In this document: positions 26,569-27,814 of the stretch, one piece after another
How positions within the stretch are numbered: the first letter of the stretch is position 1
How the letters are laid out: each line of letters starts with the position of its first letter
Assembly (NCBI GenBank): GCA_049512935.1
Contig: JBEKWR010000026.1
Coordinates: forward strand, 1-27,814
Length of the DNA stretch: 27,814 nt
Direction: 5' to 3'
Source of the DNA: Candidatus Bathyarchaeia archaeon
Lineage (GTDB): Archaea > Thermoproteota > Bathyarchaeia > Bathyarchaeales > Bathycorpusculaceae
Translations under genes and position numbers: made by a program
The notes under the pieces: model-generated
Told to the model about the DNA's origin: nothing
What the model saw: the letters and a program-made list of their open reading frames with translations, nothing else
The model's database searches: none

Positions 26569-27060
26569 ATGACGACTAGCAGTAGTGAACAGATTGATTG
26601 GGGCAACTGGGCCATTCGATTAGCTGCTTACATCATTGACGCAATAATAATTGCCATTCCGGCTGGTATAATTTACTTAATTCTTAGGATTTTCGTGGCT
26701 TTCACCGGCGCCGCCTTCTTCGCAGTTGGGCTTTTTATCGTGTTCGATTTTCTATGGGGAATAATTCAGGTGTTGTACTTCATTTTCCTGGACGTTTATT
26801 GGGGTGGAACAATAGGTAAAAAATTCTTGGGCTTACAGGTACAACAGGTAAATGGCGCAGCAGTGACCTTTGACAAGTCAGTCATACGCAACATAAGCAA
26901 AATCTTCTGGGTTTTCCTCATACTTGATTGGCTAATTGGGATATTAACGCCGGGTGACAAACGCCAAAAATACAGCGACCGCTTTGCAGGAACCATTGTT
27001 GTTCAGGTTCCAAGCATACCGAGCCCGCCACCACCGCAAACGCAGACTACACCACGCTAA
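26569..27060 (+). CDS. RDD family membrane protein
   Basis: RLAAYIIDAII..GGTIGKKFLGLQV..IRNI..QKYSDRFAGTIVV. Confidence 0.9.
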   Translation: MTTSSSEQIDWGNWAIRLAAYIIDAIIIAIPAGIIYLILRIFVAFTGAAFFAVGLFIVFDFLWGIIQVLYFIFLDVYWGGTIGKKFLGLQVQQVNGAAVTFDKSVIRNISKIFWVFLILDWLIGILTPGDKRQKYSDRFAGTIVVQVPSIPSPPPPQTQTTPR

Positions 27061-27087
27061 AAAACTTTTTCTTGCAACTGTTTCCAT

Positions 27088-27420
27088 TTACGAGGGGGCT
27101 AACTCTTCCAGCCACGCAGTAAACTGCTTTTCTTTCAAGCCCACTCCAAACGCGCCGTCGAGACGCCTGCTGACCTTGCCTTTCTCAAAGTATATGACGG
27201 TTGGAATGGCATCTATGCCGTACTCATCCCACAGCGGGTTGTCAAAATCGTCAAGCAGAACGTGAATGACAACTGCCGAGCTGAAGCCGCTGATTTTTTT
27301 GTTGAAGACGGGGACAAACGCATTGCAGTAGGGGCACCATGAAGCATAAAAAAACGCAAGAACCCTCTCGTTTTTTTTCAACTGCACGTTCAAGTCTTCT
27401 CCGTTGTCAACATCGGTCAT
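27088..27420 (-). CDS. Thioredoxin-family protein
   Basis: FYASWCPYC active site, IDAIPTVIYFEKG. Confidence 0.88.
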   Translation of the reverse strand: MTDVDNGEDLNVQLKKNERVLAFFYASWCPYCNAFVPVFNKKISGFSSAVVIHVLLDDFDNPLWDEYGIDAIPTVIYFEKGKVSRRLDGAFGVGLKEKQFTAWLEELAPS

Positions 27421-27539
27421 GTTTTCTCGACTCAAAAACGGTTTAGCGCAGTTCATAAACGTGCTGTTTCAACCTGCAAAAGGAACCCATAAAGCAAGCC
27501 TAAATAGCTGTAGACCTCAATTCAGATAGCGGAAAGAAA

Positions 27540-27814
27540 ATGACTCCGAAGACTTACCGACGTGGGTACCCAGTTGCCGTTTTAGTAGGGATAGAAGGTG
27601 ACCGTGCGGTTTTATGGCAAATCTTCAGCCAAGTTGCCAAGCACCAGCAAACGGTATCTTTAGACGGAAACAGAAGCGATCCTAAAGCGCTGTATAATTT
27701 TCACGAATCCGTCATGAACGCGTTGCGATCAACCTTGAAAGAGGGCGTGAGAAGCGTAATCATAGCATCCCCAGCAAAAACCGCCTACGCGCAAGAATTT
27801 TGCAGTCACCTCAG
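27540..27814 (+). CDS. Partial protein resembling the eRF1/pelota middle (RNase H-like) domain
   Basis: Hand translation MTPKTYRRGYPVAVLVGIEGDRAVLWQIFS...LYNFHESVMNALRSTLKEGVRSVIIASPAKTAYAQEF; open to the window end. Confidence 0.6.
   Translation, partial: MTPKTYRRGYPVAVLVGIEGDRAVLWQIFSQVAKHQQTVSLDGNRSDPKALYNFHESVMNALRSTLKEGVRSVIIASPAKTAYAQEFCSHL

Noticed and set aside
1-27814. CRISPR array, diversity-generating retroelement, transposase/integrase, tRNA
   Set aside because: No regularly spaced repeats, reverse transcriptase, adenine-specific TR/VR mismatch pattern, recombinase motifs or cloverleaf were seen.

Overview
Archaeal chromosomal window, most likely Bathyarchaeia. This is inferred from the large beta-propeller surface proteins ending in a TM helix plus RKRP, an archaeal RNase P RNA, TFS, AK6, and TATA/BRE-type promoters. 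It holds three paralogous ~890-aa PQQ-like beta-propeller surface protein genes (one cut by the window edge). Housekeeping genes include a TtuA/Ncs6 tRNA thiolase, AK6, rnpB, TFS and a thioredoxin. Accessory genes include VapBC, an orphan antitoxin between 22-bp direct repeats, an ArsC-like protein, an ABM protein, a lipocalin and several secreted modular proteins. Most notable: (1) all three surface-protein genes appear to start at ACG behind a good SD and a conserved leader hairpin; (2) these paralogs are sequence mosaics of each other, and two share a ~90-bp near-identical leader in inverted orientation around 16.5 kb; (3) an unannotated cluster of very basic 29-52 aa microproteins with their own expression signals lies at 14.0-16.15 kb. 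All calls were made by eye from motifs; no database searches were run.
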